From the NCBI RefSeq assembly GCF_018350175.1, contig NC_058368.1, forward strand, positions 219,978,001 through 220,042,000: a stretch of 64,000 bases of DNA, in the 5' to 3' direction. The notes under the pieces were generated by a model. That model was not told the origin of the DNA, did no database searches, and saw only the letters and a list, made by a program, of their open reading frames with translations. Below are positions 12,190 to 25,853 of the stretch, one piece after another. The translations under genes were made by a program, and so were the position numbers. This DNA is from Felis catus. Lineage: Eukaryota. The stretch's first letter is position 1. Every line of letters begins with the position of its first letter.

Positions 12190-12918
12190 ACAAGAAAAGA
12201 AGGGGAAAACATCACTGGCCAGAGGAGGCTAGGGTCACATGACAATGAAATGCAGTGTGATATCTTGGGTGGGATCCTGAAACAGAAAGAAGACACTAAC
12301 AGAAAACAGGTGAAATCCAAATAAAATCTGGAGCCTAAGACTTCAAACTAATATACTGTTAGAAGATGATGGGGGCAAGATGGTATTATCTTCCAGACTG
12401 AGGAGTCACTTAGAGGCTGATAAATGAAGCAAGCCACTCAAAACAATTTACATAGAGTTTTATTCAGGGTAATCTACTGATGGGGGTAATTGAGAGAATG
12501 ACAATCCAGACACTACACAGCTATTCTCCTCAAAGTCGGCACCTTGATCCACAGAATTTATAGAGTGAAGGGATCATTGTGATGAGGTCAAAGGGTATTT
12601 ATCTAAACTGGTGCCTTCTGTGCTCCAGAAGAGAGGTCAGAACAAGCCTTCCCACATTCTGGCCAGGGCATATATTAACTCCCAAGGGGCCTGGAACACA
12701 AGGGCCCAAAGGAGGTCTTCGTGAACAAAATGAAGGGCCAGAGATGGAGTCCTTTTTATCAGCACTCCTACTACATACACCAATGTCAGTTTCTTAGTTT
12801 TAACAAATATACTATTTGTAAGGTGTTAACAACGTGAGTGACACGGTGATAGGTATTCAAAAGAATCTCTATATTAACTTTGTAACTTTTGTTATTTCAA
12901 AATATAAGTTTAAAAAGA
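12190..12918 (+). mobile_element. Ancient L1 3' UTR (L1MC/L1ME-like) split by an LTR
   Basis: AAATGCAGTGTGATATCTTGGGTGGGATCCTGAAACAGAAAG resumes after 12775 with CCAATGTCAGTTTCTTAGTTTT. Confidence 0.65.
12357..12775 (-). mobile_element. ERV solo LTR (probably ERV1)
   Basis: TG...CA ends, flanks TATAC/TACAC, antisense AATAAA (TTTATT ~12458), minus strand GACTCCATCT near the 5' end; interrupts an L1. Confidence 0.7.
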
Positions 12919-13129
12919 CTTACAGGTTCTTGTATATATGCAGGTGGTGGTTATGTATATATGTACTTACTGCCGACTTCAGGTGCATTTGTTGAATGTA
13001 CCCCACATTATCATCATTCATACTTGTGTCTTTCATAAAATAATTCTCTATATTACATATTAACAGTTTAGTTTTGTAGGTGCTTATATTAATTACCGAT
13101 TATGACCATTCCATTTCTTCTCTTTATTA

Positions 13130-13655
13130 GATTGATTACAAAAATGTTCCTAACTTCTGAGCCCACTCTGTATCTCCATTTTTAACAATGTTACTTTGCC
13201 ACTGCTCACAAGATGAGATGGAGTTTATATCCTCATTCTTAAATTTTGCATTGGCCTTATGATTTACTTGTGCCTGTAGCATGTAGTAGAAGTGTTGTAC
13301 CACTTCCAAATACATACTTCAAAAAACTTGGAATGCCTTTTCTTACTCTCTTGGAAACCTGCTGCTGCCACGTGAAAAGGTTTTGGCTAACCTGCTGGAT
13401 CCTGAGAAACACATTGTGTGTTTTCTCCTGTTAACCCATCAGACAGACAGCCGACTGCCAGTTGTGTGTCAGAGGTGTTCCTGGCATAGACACTCTCCAG
13501 CCACACATACAGCTAACTACTGGAACATAAGGAGTGCAATTGAGATCAGCCAAGCCTGACCCAGATCAGTAGTACTTACTCAAGTGATTCGTAGACTTAT
13601 AAAAATTAAAAAATAGTTCTTGATTTATGATACTATATAATAGGTAACTGAAACA
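13130..13655 (+). mobile_element. MLT1 (F/G/H-like) MaLR LTR
   Basis: GAGATGGAGTTTATATCC...TGCTGCCACGTGAA...AAGCCTGACCCAGATCAG...ATAGGTAACTGAAACA. Confidence 0.7.
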
Positions 13656-14100
13656 CCTTTTTTTATATAATATATATGTATACATATATATGTATGTATG
13701 TATATATATGTGTGTGTGGGTGTGTGTAATATTTATTTTTTCTTTATACTTTATGGACTTTTTTGGTATATTATTTTTTATGTAATGCAGAGAATTCACT
13801 TCTATCCTAGTCTGGCAAGTAATTTTTTAAATGGTTTAGATTCAACACCTTTATCTATTGAAAAAAATCAAAGTTTTCTCCCATTAATTTATTGGTGTTT
13901 TGATTTATATTTACAGATATTTTGATGATAAGCCACCTTTGCATTCTTGAAATATAAAGCAGAGGTCATTTTGGCCATTAAAAAATACATTGTGTTTCAA
14001 TTATATAATACTTTACTCAAGATTTGTTTTTCATCATAATTTACAAGTGAAATAAGACATGCATAAAATGAGCTGGAAATTATCTGTTCTAATTATTTTT

Positions 14101-14313
14101 ATAATACATTTTTAATGTTTAATTATTTTGAGAGAGAGAAAGAAAAAGAGAGAAGTGGAGAAGGGGCAGAGAGAGAGGGAGAGAAAGAAAATCTCAGGCT
14201 CTGCACTGTCAGCACAGCGCCCAATGTGGGGCTCGATCTCCCAAACTGTGAGGTCATGACCTGAGCCGAAATCAAGAGTCAGAGACTTAAGGGACTGAGC
14301 TACCTAGGTGCCC
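14101..14313 (-). mobile_element. Can-SINE
   Basis: TSD TAATTATTTTT on both sides. Confidence 0.9.
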
Positions 14314-14705
14314 TAATTATTTTTAAGTAGATCTAAGAAGTTAAATCCTTCTTTGCAGTCAGGTAGGAGTTAACTACAACATCTTGAAAATAGCTTTGAT
14401 TTAGGAAAACTATTTTATATCAATAGTGTGGGAAAAAGTTCCTTTTTGACTGGGATAGTGGTAATTTATATGGGTAAACTGGCAAACATTTCTGTTGAAT
14501 GTTTATATATAAACATTGTATAAGTTAATAAGGAAGAATCTATTCAATTTCTGCCCAGTGTGTATACTCTGGAAAATTTTGAACCCATGGTTTTTCAAAG
14601 CCAGCTTCTCAATAGATTGTTTCCTTTGAGGGTTGTACATGCAAGTTGTGCCATGAAGGTGTTTGGAAGGAGATGCAGATAGCAGAGATTGATAGATTTT
14701 CTCTT

Positions 14706-14717
14706 TTTAATAAAATT

Positions 14718-14760
<43 letters not shown>

Positions 14761-14848
14761 CGTAATCTCTGTACCCAATGTGGGGCTCAAATTCCTGACA
14801 CAAGATCAAGAGTCACATACTCTACTGACTGAGACAGCCAGGTACCCC
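14706..14848 (-). mobile_element. Short Can-SINE variant lacking the CT region, (TAAA)n tail
   Basis: (TTTA)n then CCCAATGTGGGGCTCAAA...CAGCCAGGTACCCC. Confidence 0.85.
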
Positions 14849-15440
14849 TAGACTTTCTTTTTTAGAATTGTTTCTGCTCAAGATACAGAGTAGAGACATT
14901 TCTGTCTTTCGTTCTTTTTTTCTTTTGAATTACTATTTTATTTTAGGGGATCAGTTTAATAATTAAATGAGTATTTACTAGTTGGAATTATTGACCATTG
15001 TATTTTATCTTACTCATAATAGATTTTATTACAAAACTTTCTTGGTGAATAATCTAAATAATCTAATAATTCGTTATTTAGATAATAATCAAACTTCAAT
15101 AATAATCTCAAATCCAATATTATTAAGTTCTAAATAATAATCACACTAATAAATACTCTCATTATATGTTTAAATAATGCCCTTACAACTCTAATTAGTG
15201 ATCCCAATTATACTATAAAGGGTAGATAACCACAAAATAAACTTTAATATGCATATTTATAACTACATAGTTTAATTTGGCATCCAGGGAAATATATATA
15301 TTTTTTGCAATATTCACTTGAGTATTTGTATTTCTATTATTATAGATTTTATATTATAATGTATTTTATAATTACATAATGATTGCATAGATTGAATTCA
15401 ATAGATATTTATAATCATTTTTACTGTATGCTATTTACAT

Positions 15441-15687
15441 ATTTATTTATATTATTTATATCATTTATATTATTTATTTATTTTAACGTTTATTCATTTT
15501 TGAGAGACAGAGAGAGAAAGTGCAAGCAGGGGAGGAACAGAGAGAAAGGGAGACACAGAATCTTAAGCGGGCTCCAGGCTCTGAGCTGTCCACACAGAGC
15601 CTGATGCAGGGCTGGAACCCACAAATTGTGAGATCATGACCTGAGCCAAAGTTGGACGCTTAACTGACTGAGCCACCCAGGCGCCCC
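15441..15687 (-). mobile_element. Can-SINE
   Basis: TSD TATTTACAT; ends GCCACCCAGGCGCCCC. Confidence 0.92.
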
Positions 15688-16969
15688 TATTTACATTTTT
15701 ATTTGATATCTAGTTGACTGCTGCTCTGCTGCAAAGACTTAGAAGTTGGCTAAAGTTATAGAAACAGAAAATATACAAGTAAAGAACAATTCCAAATGGC
15801 TGACAACTAATTTTAGAATTGAAAAAAATCTATGAATTTCATTCTGAAAATTTGACTTGTTCAATGACATAGAGCCACAAATTGGAAAGAAAAACAGAGG
15901 TGTAAGTTTCAAAGTCTCAATTTTCTGGCATTTGCCCTTGAGGTAAAAATTTCTTGCACTTAAAATATGTATATAAATCCCTGCTACTCTATTCAAATTA
16001 GTTTTACTAAGGGACTCAAGAAATAAAAAAGTTTGAGTAACTGAAACATGTATAATATTAAAAAAAAATAAATTATAAAAGTATTTGAGGTGATGAGCAT
16101 GTTTTATGTGTGGATTTGGATGGTATAATTCATTAATAATTTAATGCATATTTTCTTCTCAGTGATTTATATATATAAAAGGTCATATAAACTTGAAAGA
16201 TTTTCATAAATATTATTATTTTTAATAATGGATAGTTGTTTTAAAAATATACTTTAAATTGACTAAATCTACTTTTACATATTTAAGTCTTTAAATGTAC
16301 ACAAAGTTCATTAGTAAACATGATCATTTCAGTAATGTGATCACTTGCATTATGTTACAGGGAATATTCATTTTTCAAAAAATTAGTTTCTTTCTGAGAT
16401 TTTGGCACATAGGGTAGATAGTTCATTTGAAGTTGGAATAGAGAAATACATAAATGTTCATACAGCTGGCTATATCATCTGTATATGTATGCTACATTTA
16501 TGCATCATGAATTCATGAAGAAAAATGAATTATTTGAAAAGGTGGGTAAAGTTAAAAGGGGTATTGTGGTTTTCACATATAATTGTTGTCCAGTCCTGCT
16601 TGTGACAATTCAAAGTTAAAACTGACCCCCCCAAAAAAACGCACATATAGTTAGAAAAATTTCAAGAAAAAAAAAGTATTCAATAGGTAATATGGAATCT
16701 ACAATGATTACATAGATTAAACTTTGCACAAATAGCATATTATTACTATTTGTCCTGGCTTCTCTCCACCTCTAAAGCAGTATGCACTTGGTTGTTACAT
16801 TCAATTATTTATCCCTGTAAATTACAAGAGTACATTTTATCTCAAAATCTGGATACCCTGTTATAATTCTACTTCCTCCTCATTCTTATTTTTCTCTTTA
16901 TCTAAAAAGCCTAACATTAACCCACCAATGTTATTTATATTATTCTCTGGAAGTCAAAGAAAAGGTCTC

Positions 16970-17575
16970 TGTACTGCTATGTTCATGGCTGTATTATTCA
17001 CAATATCCAAGATATAGAAACAACCTAAGTGTTCATCGATGGAGAGGTAGGTAAAAAAATTGTGGTATATAGGAAATGCAATAATATTCAGCCTTTAAAA
17101 GAAATCCTGTGGTTTGCAACAACATGGATGAACTGGAAGGCTTTATGCTAAATGAAATAAGCCAGATAAAGAAAAATACAGCATGGTACCACTTACATGT
17201 GGCATCTGGGAAAAAAAAAAGTCAACTTCATAGAAAAGAGAGTAGAATTGTGGTTGCTGGTTGCTCTGGAGTAGAGGGAATGGAGAGATTTGATCAAAGG
17301 ATATAAACTTTCAATTATAAAAGGAGCAAAATCTGAGGATTTAATCTATAACAATGTGACTACCTTTGATGACACTGTATTGTATTATCGAAATTTGCTA
17401 AGAGAGAAGACCTTAAAGTGTTTTCAGACACGCAAAAGAGGTAAATATGTAAGGTGATTGATGTGTCCATACTCAATGATGAGAATCCTTTTACAATGTA
17501 TAGGTATATCAAATTGTACAATTTAAATATCTTGTAATTTTATTTATTGAGTATACCTAAGAAAGCTGAAAAAAT
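16970..17575 (+). mobile_element. L1 3' end (L1MA9/L1_Carn-like)
   Basis: TATTCACAATATCCAAGATATAGAAACAACCTAAGTGTTCATC...CAACATGGATGAACTGGA...AAAGCTGAAAAAA. Confidence 0.85.
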
Positions 17576-18224
17576 ACTCATTCTGGAAAAAAGCTAGGGA
17601 GCTACGTATATAAATATTTTCATTTGATATCTATATACTCAATTTAACATAGATTTTTATAAGGTGAAATTGTCAAAAATTTAATATCATATGTCTCCCT
17701 GAAGAATGAAGATTTTCATACTTAGAAATACAGCCAAAAATGTTAAGATGCAGTCCAAATACATGAAGTAGATAGAATATATTAATTAAGCTAATCGTTC
17801 TCATTCTAATTCTTTTACCTTGAGTAACCCATTAATCTTTCCACAGTTTATATACTGGTGAAATTAAAATGGGTTGTAACTATATATATGTAACTTTTGA
17901 AACCATATGGCAAAGTGTCTTCGGGTACAACTCCAGGCAACTAACCAATTCCAGGGTTCTCATTCCTAGACAATTTTTAAACTGAACATTTTTGAATGTA
18001 CCCATCTACTATATTATTTTCTGTAATAAAGCTTCTTTTGCAAAAAGGTTTGTATATACTTTTAAAAGTGAGAGAACCGTATAAAAGAGCATATGTTATT
18101 TCCAGTCTTTTAAACACTGCAATTCACATTTTCCAAAATATTACATTCTTATACATTTTTTGGTTATGCTTAGTCTCTTATTTCACAATCATTTAGAAAG
18201 TGGCTGATAATAAAAAACATGGCA

Positions 18225-18445
18225 GGGGCGCCTGGGTAGCTCAGTTGGTTAAGCGTCGACTTCAGCTCAGGTCATGATCTCAGGGTCTGTGAGTTCAAGC
18301 CCCATGTTGGGCTCTGGACTGACAGCTCAGAGCCTGCAGCCTGCTTCAGATTCTGGGTCTCCCTGTCTCTCTGCCCCTGCTCACCTCACTGTCTCTGTCT
18401 CTGAAAAATGAATAAACCCTAAAAAATTAAAACAAACAAACAAAC
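18225..18445 (+). mobile_element. Can-SINE
   Basis: TSD AAACATGGCA at 18215-18224 and 18446-18455. Confidence 0.92.
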
Positions 18446-18455
18446 AAACATGGCA

Positions 18456-18667
18456 GGGGTGTCTGGGTGGCTCAGTCTGTTAAGCCTCTGACTCTTGATT
18501 TCAGCTCAGGTCATGATCTCACGGTTTGTGAGTTCAAGACCCATGTGGGGCTCTGCGTTGACCTCCTGGAGCATACCTCAGATCCTCTGTCTCCCTCTCT
18601 CTCTGCCTCTCCCCCACTTACTTTCTCTCAAAAATAGAGACACAATTTTTTTTTTTTAAGGAAAAAG
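18456..18667 (+). mobile_element. Can-SINE directly downstream of the previous copy
   Basis: GGGGTGTCTGGGTGGCTCAG head and CT-rich region. Confidence 0.9.
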
Positions 18668-18859
18668 ACTCATGACAATAAAAGCAAGTTAAAAAAGTAT
18701 AACCACCAAGATATTGTGGTAGCCCGGTAGTAACTACTTTTTTTTTTTTTTCTACAGAGTCCTAAAAGGTGTTATACTTGCCCTCTCTCCTCTTTCAAAA
18801 TATAAGGATGTGGTCTATACACAGACCATCAAGTCCTGTCGCATGAGACTTTACATTTT

Positions 18860-19201
18860 GAGAAATTCACACAAAGGTTCAAAATTGATTAAAGACCATT
18901 CCCAGAAGTGAGAGAGTGGGCATGGCCCAGGGCGACAGATCTGTAGATCACATTCCACAGTGACATTCCCAGAGACAAAGGCAGTGTTCCTAGTGACTTT
19001 GCCAGTGGCAATATCCTAAGTACAACTTTCCATCCCCTAGATCTCAACTCTCCCAATCTTTGTTTCCTACCTGAATTCAGTTCTCCATTCATCCCTTAGA
19101 TTCTAGAAACTATCAGTTAGCCTGCTTTAGAACTCTCTTTATTTTCCTAAGTGAATTGCATTGGCTTCTAATGTTTGAATATAAAAATTCTGACTCAGTA
19201 T
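18860..19201 (+). mobile_element. Old MLT1-like MaLR LTR fragment
   Basis: 3' end CCTAAGTGAATTGCATTGGCTTCTAATGTTTG...TCTGACTCAGTA resembles an old MLT1 terminus. Confidence 0.4.
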
Positions 19202-20023
19202 GTTGTCCATGTATTCCCCTACTAAAAACCCCATTCATTAGTTCTCAAAAATACTTGATAAAACAACCACAGCAAGAAACTCCTTTACCCTCTTGATATT
19301 CGTTTATACTGAGACTAAAAAAAATCATCTCACTGTTTTCAAAATATACTATTTTGATCTTTAAAGATGGAAAAAAATACTGCATCATGTATAAGCCATT
19401 ATTAGGGGGCCTTTTTAATGAATGTGACACAAGTTAGTCAAATATCTAAGAGATTTCATAATGAAAAGACTCAGGTCTTCAGTTTTTGAGAAGTTGTTTG
19501 TTTTTTCTGTTACAGAAAAGGCCCCTAAGGATAATTCCCCTAAAACAAATAGGTATTAAGTTTAAGGACATGACTAGTCAATGTGACAGTATTCTCTGTG
19601 CTTAGATATTCACCATTAGTGTTTTATTCCTATGGCTCTGTTAAAAAAAATGACTAACATTCTGTTTTGGTAAAATCACTAAGGTTTATCAAATAAATCA
19701 AACAAAAGGAGACATTTAATTAATGTACAATGTGTATATGTCCTACATTTTTAAAGCCATGTATCAGATGAGAAGAATTTTATGAAATATTTAAATAAAA
19801 TAAAAACTGAAAAAAAATCACTGCTTATTATGAAATATTCAGTGTCTCCCATGAGGGCTCTCATTATGTCAGACTTTCTCATTGTCAAAATATATTTTTT
19901 ATTTTATTGTTTTATGTTTTTATTTTTAGAAATTTTAAGAGTAACTTATATAGAGAAATTTTAAAAATAAGCTTTTGAAAAGAATGCTTTTTGATTTTTG
20001 GTGAATATTTTGATATTAATATA

Positions 20024-20059
20024 TTTTTAATGTTTATTTATTTTGAAAGGGAGAGAGAA

Positions 20060-20111
<52 letters not shown>

Positions 20112-20273
20112 CAGGGAAGGGACAGAGTGAGAGGGAGAGAGAGAATCCTAAGCAGGCTCCACCCTGTCAGCGTAAAGCCCATCGTGGGACTTGATCTCAA
20201 GAATTCATAAGATCATGACCTCAGTCAAAATCAAGAGTTGGACCCTTAACCAGCTGAGCCACCCAGGTGCTCC
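20024..20273 (-). mobile_element. Can-SINE containing (GT)~22
   Basis: Antisense body; microsatellite at 20063-20106. Confidence 0.9.
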
Positions 20274-21142
20274 AATACTAGTATTTTAATGAAGATGAGA
20301 CCTCTTGTGACTATTAGGATATTGATCCATTTATACAAAACAACTAATGTGAACATTATATCCATATATACATAAGAAACATTAAAAATAAATTACAACA
20401 ATCACTTATATCAATAAAAGCTTTTTTACAAGTACTTGAAGTGTGTGTTGCATTCATCTATAAAGTAAATATAAATAAAAATTCAGAGAGACAAGTGCAT
20501 AAGGCAAAACAATTTTTGTCTCTGAATGAGGCCTCATCCTAAACCAAGAGCATGGTTATATCCTTGGATACTACTTCCTGACACTGAGAATATGCTTATG
20601 GTATTCCATTTGACAATTAAGAATAAAATATGGGCTTATTAGATGGTCTAAATGGATGAGAGATAAATTGAACAAACTGTATTTGATTATGATACTTTTT
20701 TTCTAAATTTAAACAGTTAATGAATTAACTCTATTGACTATAAATTATATCTTGGTTTTGGCATATTGATTATATTCTAACAAAATTCCACTTAAGTGGT
20801 TTTATAAGAGTCTTCTTAACGTGCATATTGAAACACTAGAATTTCCAATGAATAGTATAAATTTTCAGCCTTGCAATATAGCTTCTTAACCAGAAAAAAC
20901 AGTAACTAGTTTTACTGATCAGTGTGTTCCAGAAAGTGTAGTACACAACATAAAACATATTTATAGAATTATATTTTCCTTATGGATTTAATTTCTCACA
21001 ATGATTTAAAAAAATCAAGTTTCCCATGATAAAATATGTGTGCAAACATGCAATCATAACACATGCATTAGCCACAATATCCATTTGTGAGCGCTCTGGC
21101 TTTTGTACTATTTAGGAGGTGATGATAAAATTATTCCCTTAG

Positions 21143-21363
21143 TTTTTTGTGTTTTTTTTTAAATGTTTATTTATTTTTGACAGAAAGAGAAACAGAGCAT
21201 GAGTGGGGGAGGGGCAGAGAGAGAGAGGGAGACACAGGATCCGAAGCTGTCAGACTTCCAGCTGTCAGCACAGATCCCAAAGCAGGGCTCGAACTCACAA
21301 TGTGAGATCATGACCTGAGCCGAAGTCAGACGCTCAACTGACTGAGCCACCCAGGCACCTCCC
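21143..21363 (-). mobile_element. Can-SINE
   Basis: Antisense body ending CCACCCAGGCACC. Confidence 0.9.
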
Positions 21364-21431
21364 CCGCATTAGGTTTTAATATGAAGAAGAGTTATCCAAA
21401 GACCTGTTAAGTTACAAAAGTGTATATATTT

Positions 21432-21649
21432 AAAAAAATTTTTTTTAACATTTATTTATTTTTTGGGACAGAGAGAGACAGAGCATGAACGGGGGAGGGG
21501 CAGAGAGAGAGGGAGACACAGAATCGGAAACAGGCTCCAGGCTCTGAGCCATCAGCCCAGAGCCTGATGCGGGGCTCGAACTCATGGACCGCGAGATCGT
21601 GACCTGGCTGAAGTCGGACGCTTAATCGACTGCGCCACCCAGGCACCCC
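21432..21649 (-). mobile_element. Young felid Can-SINE (SINEC_Fc-like)
   Basis: Perfect TSD AAAAGTGTATATATTT at 21416-21431 and 21650-21665; CpGs retained. Confidence 0.95.
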
Positions 21650-22375
21650 AAAAGTGTATATATTTTAAATACCATGTAATAAAAGTGAGCAGAGAGCTCA
21701 AGATGTTTTTAATATTTGTTATTTGGATAATTTAAGGAAAAATACTGTATTTTTCCTTAGGAGTACATTCATAGATCATCAGTAAATGAAATTTGGTCTT
21801 ACTGTTAGTTATTTCTTCTTTCATCTGTTCACTCCTTTTTCTTGAAATTTCTCCAGACACGAGTGTTCTCATCTAGTACCATGATTGTTTGATTCATTTT
21901 CTTTAATAATGTCTTTTTTTTTTCTTCAAGCCTAAAATTGTTTTGTTGATAATGTAAAATAAAATTGTTTTGATATGAACTGAGATGAAATGTCTTACAG
22001 ACTATGACTAGAAGTTATTCTTCCTAAATATTTTCAAAATATTTTTAAATTTTATTTTGCTATTAAGATTTTTAGTCCCTAGTCCTGGAACATATATTTC
22101 AATTTTTATTGGCTTTAATTTCAGCCAAAAGAGAATGGAAAACCTGAGAGTAGTTACAAATTATTCATTACACAGAGGTGGCAGATGAGCAATTATAAAC
22201 ACAACTTCTATTGAGAAACAGCCACAAACCTTCCTTTACTTGCATGTCAGTAAGAGTATATTCATATATAATTAATACAAACTTGTTTTGGTAGTGTAAT
22301 TTTCCAGTTTATGTGTGAAGAATTTGGAGTTGGTTAGAAGACTTATTTCATCATTTCCACCAAGTTGCTGAATTT

Positions 22376-22582
22376 CTTTCTTTTTTCTTTTTTCTTTATT
22401 TTAGAGAGATACACAGTGTGTGAGCAGGGGAGAAGAACAAAGGGAAAGAGAGAGAGAATCTCAAGGAGGCTCCACACTCAGTGCAGAGCCTGACAGGGAG
22501 CTTGATCTTATGACCATGAGATCATGACCTGAGTCTAAATCATGAGTCAGATGCTCAAGTGACTGAGCCACCCAGGTGCCCC
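22376..22582 (-). mobile_element. Can-SINE
   Basis: TSD TTGCTGAATTT. Confidence 0.9.
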
Positions 22583-23882
22583 GGATTGCTGAATTTGTTT
22601 ATGCCAAACTTTTCTTATTGTTAAAGTGGAGAAAATAGGATTTATTTACTTATGTGTGTTGTGGTAAGGTTATTCAATATCATTCTATTACTTTAGAACA
22701 GTTTATTCAATGGTTTGTTTCCAATCTGTGTTGATGAGTAATGAGAACTATTTAGTCATATCTAACACTTATTTAAAAACTATAGTAAATTCTGGTAGAT
22801 AACTGTATGGGTAGGATGTAAGAGGGGAGACATATTTATTATCTAACAATAAAATTTAGTTTAAAATGACTGTCTTCTATAGACATGACCTTAATTTACC
22901 TGACGTTTTATTAGGATCAAATTAACATCCATCATTTAAATGCCTGTAATTATCTATTATCTGTCTTTGAAATTTAACATTTGTTAAACTGCTCCTATGA
23001 AACGGCACTTTGAAAAAAAAAAGCAAGCAATAAATGTGCAACCCTGAAATAGCAGGTTTATAAATGCATAGTGACAGGGTTTATTAATCACCGCAATGAA
23101 ATTAACAGTGCATAGTTAAGATGAAATCATTCTGTTCATGGGCTAGAAGAATATCACAGAGACCTTTAAATGTATTAATGTGATTTAATATAATTCCAGT
23201 TTTAAACTTTAAAAATAATTATGAGGTTCAGTAAATTTCACCCTAAGCCAAAAATATATTTGAAATATGGGGTTTACTTTTTTTTCTAAAAAATTAAATG
23301 TCTGAAAAACTTCAGGACGAACATCTCAAAATCAACTATGGTTTTCAGGAACAAACAAGTGGCATACATGAAGATATCAGATTATGTTTCAGAATAGTTA
23401 GAGATGTTGGATTTTTCCTTCCCCATGATTTCAAAACAAATTACCTAAGAGGGAGTTTTGATTGCAGAAAATTTTTGGAAGTATAAGTTTTATACAAACA
23501 AGATACCATAATAGGTTTAATTTTCAGGGGCTACAAGTATAGCAGTGATTATTACTATCTATTCTATGTCACTACTCTAGAGTCACTGAGTAGGAAAGCA
23601 GTTTTCAAAGTAAGTATATATTGCAGTGCATTCCAAACCTTTAAAACTTACCTCATTAACATTAGTAAGTTTATTTAACCCTCCAAACGAGCTTAAATGC
23701 ACCTCTAACATTTAGGTGTACAATTTATGCCAGGTTTCTTAAAAAGAGAGTCCTACGCTCTGTATTTTGTTTTCTTTCTTACAAGTTGTAAAGAATTTTG
23801 ATGTGGATAAACTCTGTTTAATGACTTCTCTTTCTTTCCCAAACATTAAAATAAAATTCTTCTAGAAGAAGATTTGTTTCTT

Positions 23883-24082
23883 TTTTTTAATGTTTATTTA
23901 TTTATTTTGAGAGAGTGAGCACGCAAGGGAGGGGCAGAGAGAGAGGGAGAGAGAGAACACAAGCAGGCTCCCCATTGTCAGCACAGAGCCTGATGCGACA
24001 TCTCTATCTCAGGAACCTTGAGATCATGACCTGGGCCAAAATCCAGGGTCAGATGCTTACCCAAGCCACACAGGTGTGCCAC
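23883..24082 (-). mobile_element. Can-SINE
   Basis: TSD GATTTGTTTCTT at 23871-23882 and 24083-24094. Confidence 0.88.
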
Positions 24083-24319
24083 GATTTGTTTCTTAAAGTA
24101 GCTCTATACATGCTCTTTCAACCTTCCCTCCTCCAATATTTCTTTTGTTTTCAAAAAAAATGGCATAAAATTCTTTTATAAAAAACATAAAATAAACAAA
24201 GTTAAATTACTTTCAGAAGAGTATATATTCTATACTGATTTTGGTATTTATTTATGTGTATGATATAAAATAAACAATAATTCCTAATGATATTTCCCAC
24301 TTGAATCCAGTACATAGAG

Positions 24320-24500
24320 TTCATTATATTCCGCCCCTCTTATTTATAAACTCTTCTTTTGAAAGTAGGAAATATGACTGCCATTATCCACAATTCACTG
24401 ATTTATTTGTTCAACCCTAGTATACATATAAAGTAGTTTCATGATTGTTAATCCAGATTCCTATGAGAAACACAAATTATCAACTAAGTCACAGTCTTTA
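24320..24500 (-). mobile_element. Old L1 (L1MC-like) 3' fragment
   Basis: CTGCCATTATCCACAATTCACTGATTTATTTGTTCAACCCTAGTATACAT. Confidence 0.55.
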
Positions 24501-24645
24501 TATTCCTTCTTTCTTTTTTCCTTCCCCCTTCCTGCCTGCCTTCCTTCCTTCCTTCTTCCTTCCTTCCTTCTTTCTTTCTTCCTACCCCCTTCCTCCCTCC
24601 TTTCCTCCCTTCCTTCCTACCTCCCTCTCCCCATTTCTTTCTTGT
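24500..24645. repeat. CT-rich, (CCTT)n-like low-complexity tract
   Basis: Seen directly. Confidence 0.85.
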
Positions 24646-25118
24646 CTTCTTTCACTTTACAGAGTTGGGACAGAAGGATGTTCTCTGATGTTCATAACCT
24701 GAGTTTCAGGGATGGCCTTCATTAGTACTCATCCTGAGGTAATATGGGTATAGCATGTATTCTTGGCCCACAAAAGAGAGTAGAACATTTTCCCTGTTTC
24801 CAGCTGCAATAGCTTCAGGTGATATTTTGATCACTTTTCATCTGAAGATCAAGGCTTTTGTTCTTTAGGGGAGATAAGGAGATGTGCAATTGTGAGCTTT
24901 GATAGTGACTTCTCCTCCTCTCTAACCTGCAGTAACTTCTACCAGTGCTCAAAAGCTGTAGATATTAATGAACTTCTCCCTGAAATTTCAGCTGAGTGTG
25001 GGTGACATTTTGGTGGTGGCAGCTGTTCCATTTCCAGCCAGTATCTTAGGGGAGGCTTTGTAAGGATTCTCCCTGATCTTCCCTGTGAGTTGTTAAAGAA
25101 AAAATTTCAATGGATATT

Positions 25119-25853
25119 TGTTAGAAACAGCAAAGTAAACTTGATTCAATGCGATTTTAATATGAGAAAAAGATAAACTCAACCTCACTGAAACAAAAGC
25201 AGATTTTAAATGTTGATTTGAACTAGAGAAAAAGTACTGAAGAACATTAGGAGGAAGGATGGTCAAGTTGATTAGGTTATTGGTGTTTGCTAATCATTGC
25301 TATCAGAGTTAGGTAACTAGGCTACCATAAAGAGTGAAGGAGGTGGGGGGTGGGGGGCGCTCCTGAGTGGCTCAGTGGGTTCAGCATCCAACTTCAGCTC
25401 AGGTCATGATCTCATGGTTTGTGAGTTTGAGCTCTGCATGGAGCCCCCTCCCCCTCCTGCACTGGGCTCCACATTGCGCTTGGGATTCTGTCACTCTTCC
25501 TCTCTCTCTGCACCCCCCCCACTAGTGCACATGCATGAGTGTTTGTAGGCATGCTGTCTCTCTCTCTCTCTTTCCCTCTCTCTCCCTCTCAAAATAAATT
25601 TTAAAAAACTAGAAAAAAAGGAGTGAAAAGGGCACTATTATTATTGTCATTGTTATTATTTTAATGATTATATTTCAATGATACGGCTTCCAGTTACTTG
25701 AGAAACACATTTCTGGGTTGTACAAAATTTATATCTTGAAGGACAGAAAAAAAAATTATACCTGCAAATTTTCTAAAGTAAATGTTCTAAGGAAAGGGAG
25801 TTCAGGATCCTGTAGTCACGAAAAAGCCTGTCCAAAATCTTCATCAGACTGCA
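25119..25853 (-). mobile_element. ERV1 solo LTR, MER34-like, split by a SINE
   Basis: TGTTAGAAAC start; TTTTCTAAAGTAAATGTTCTAAGGAAAGGGAGTTCAGG...AAGCCTGTC is the antisense MER34-type pattern. Confidence 0.65.
25341..25618 (+). mobile_element. Can-SINE inside the LTR, with a G-rich 5' extension
   Basis: CCTGAGTGGCTCAGTGGG head; flanking GAGTGAA duplication. Confidence 0.88.

Noticed and set aside
15045..15155. Degenerate AATAATC-like periodicity
   Set aside because: Irregular low-complexity AT sequence with no stable unit
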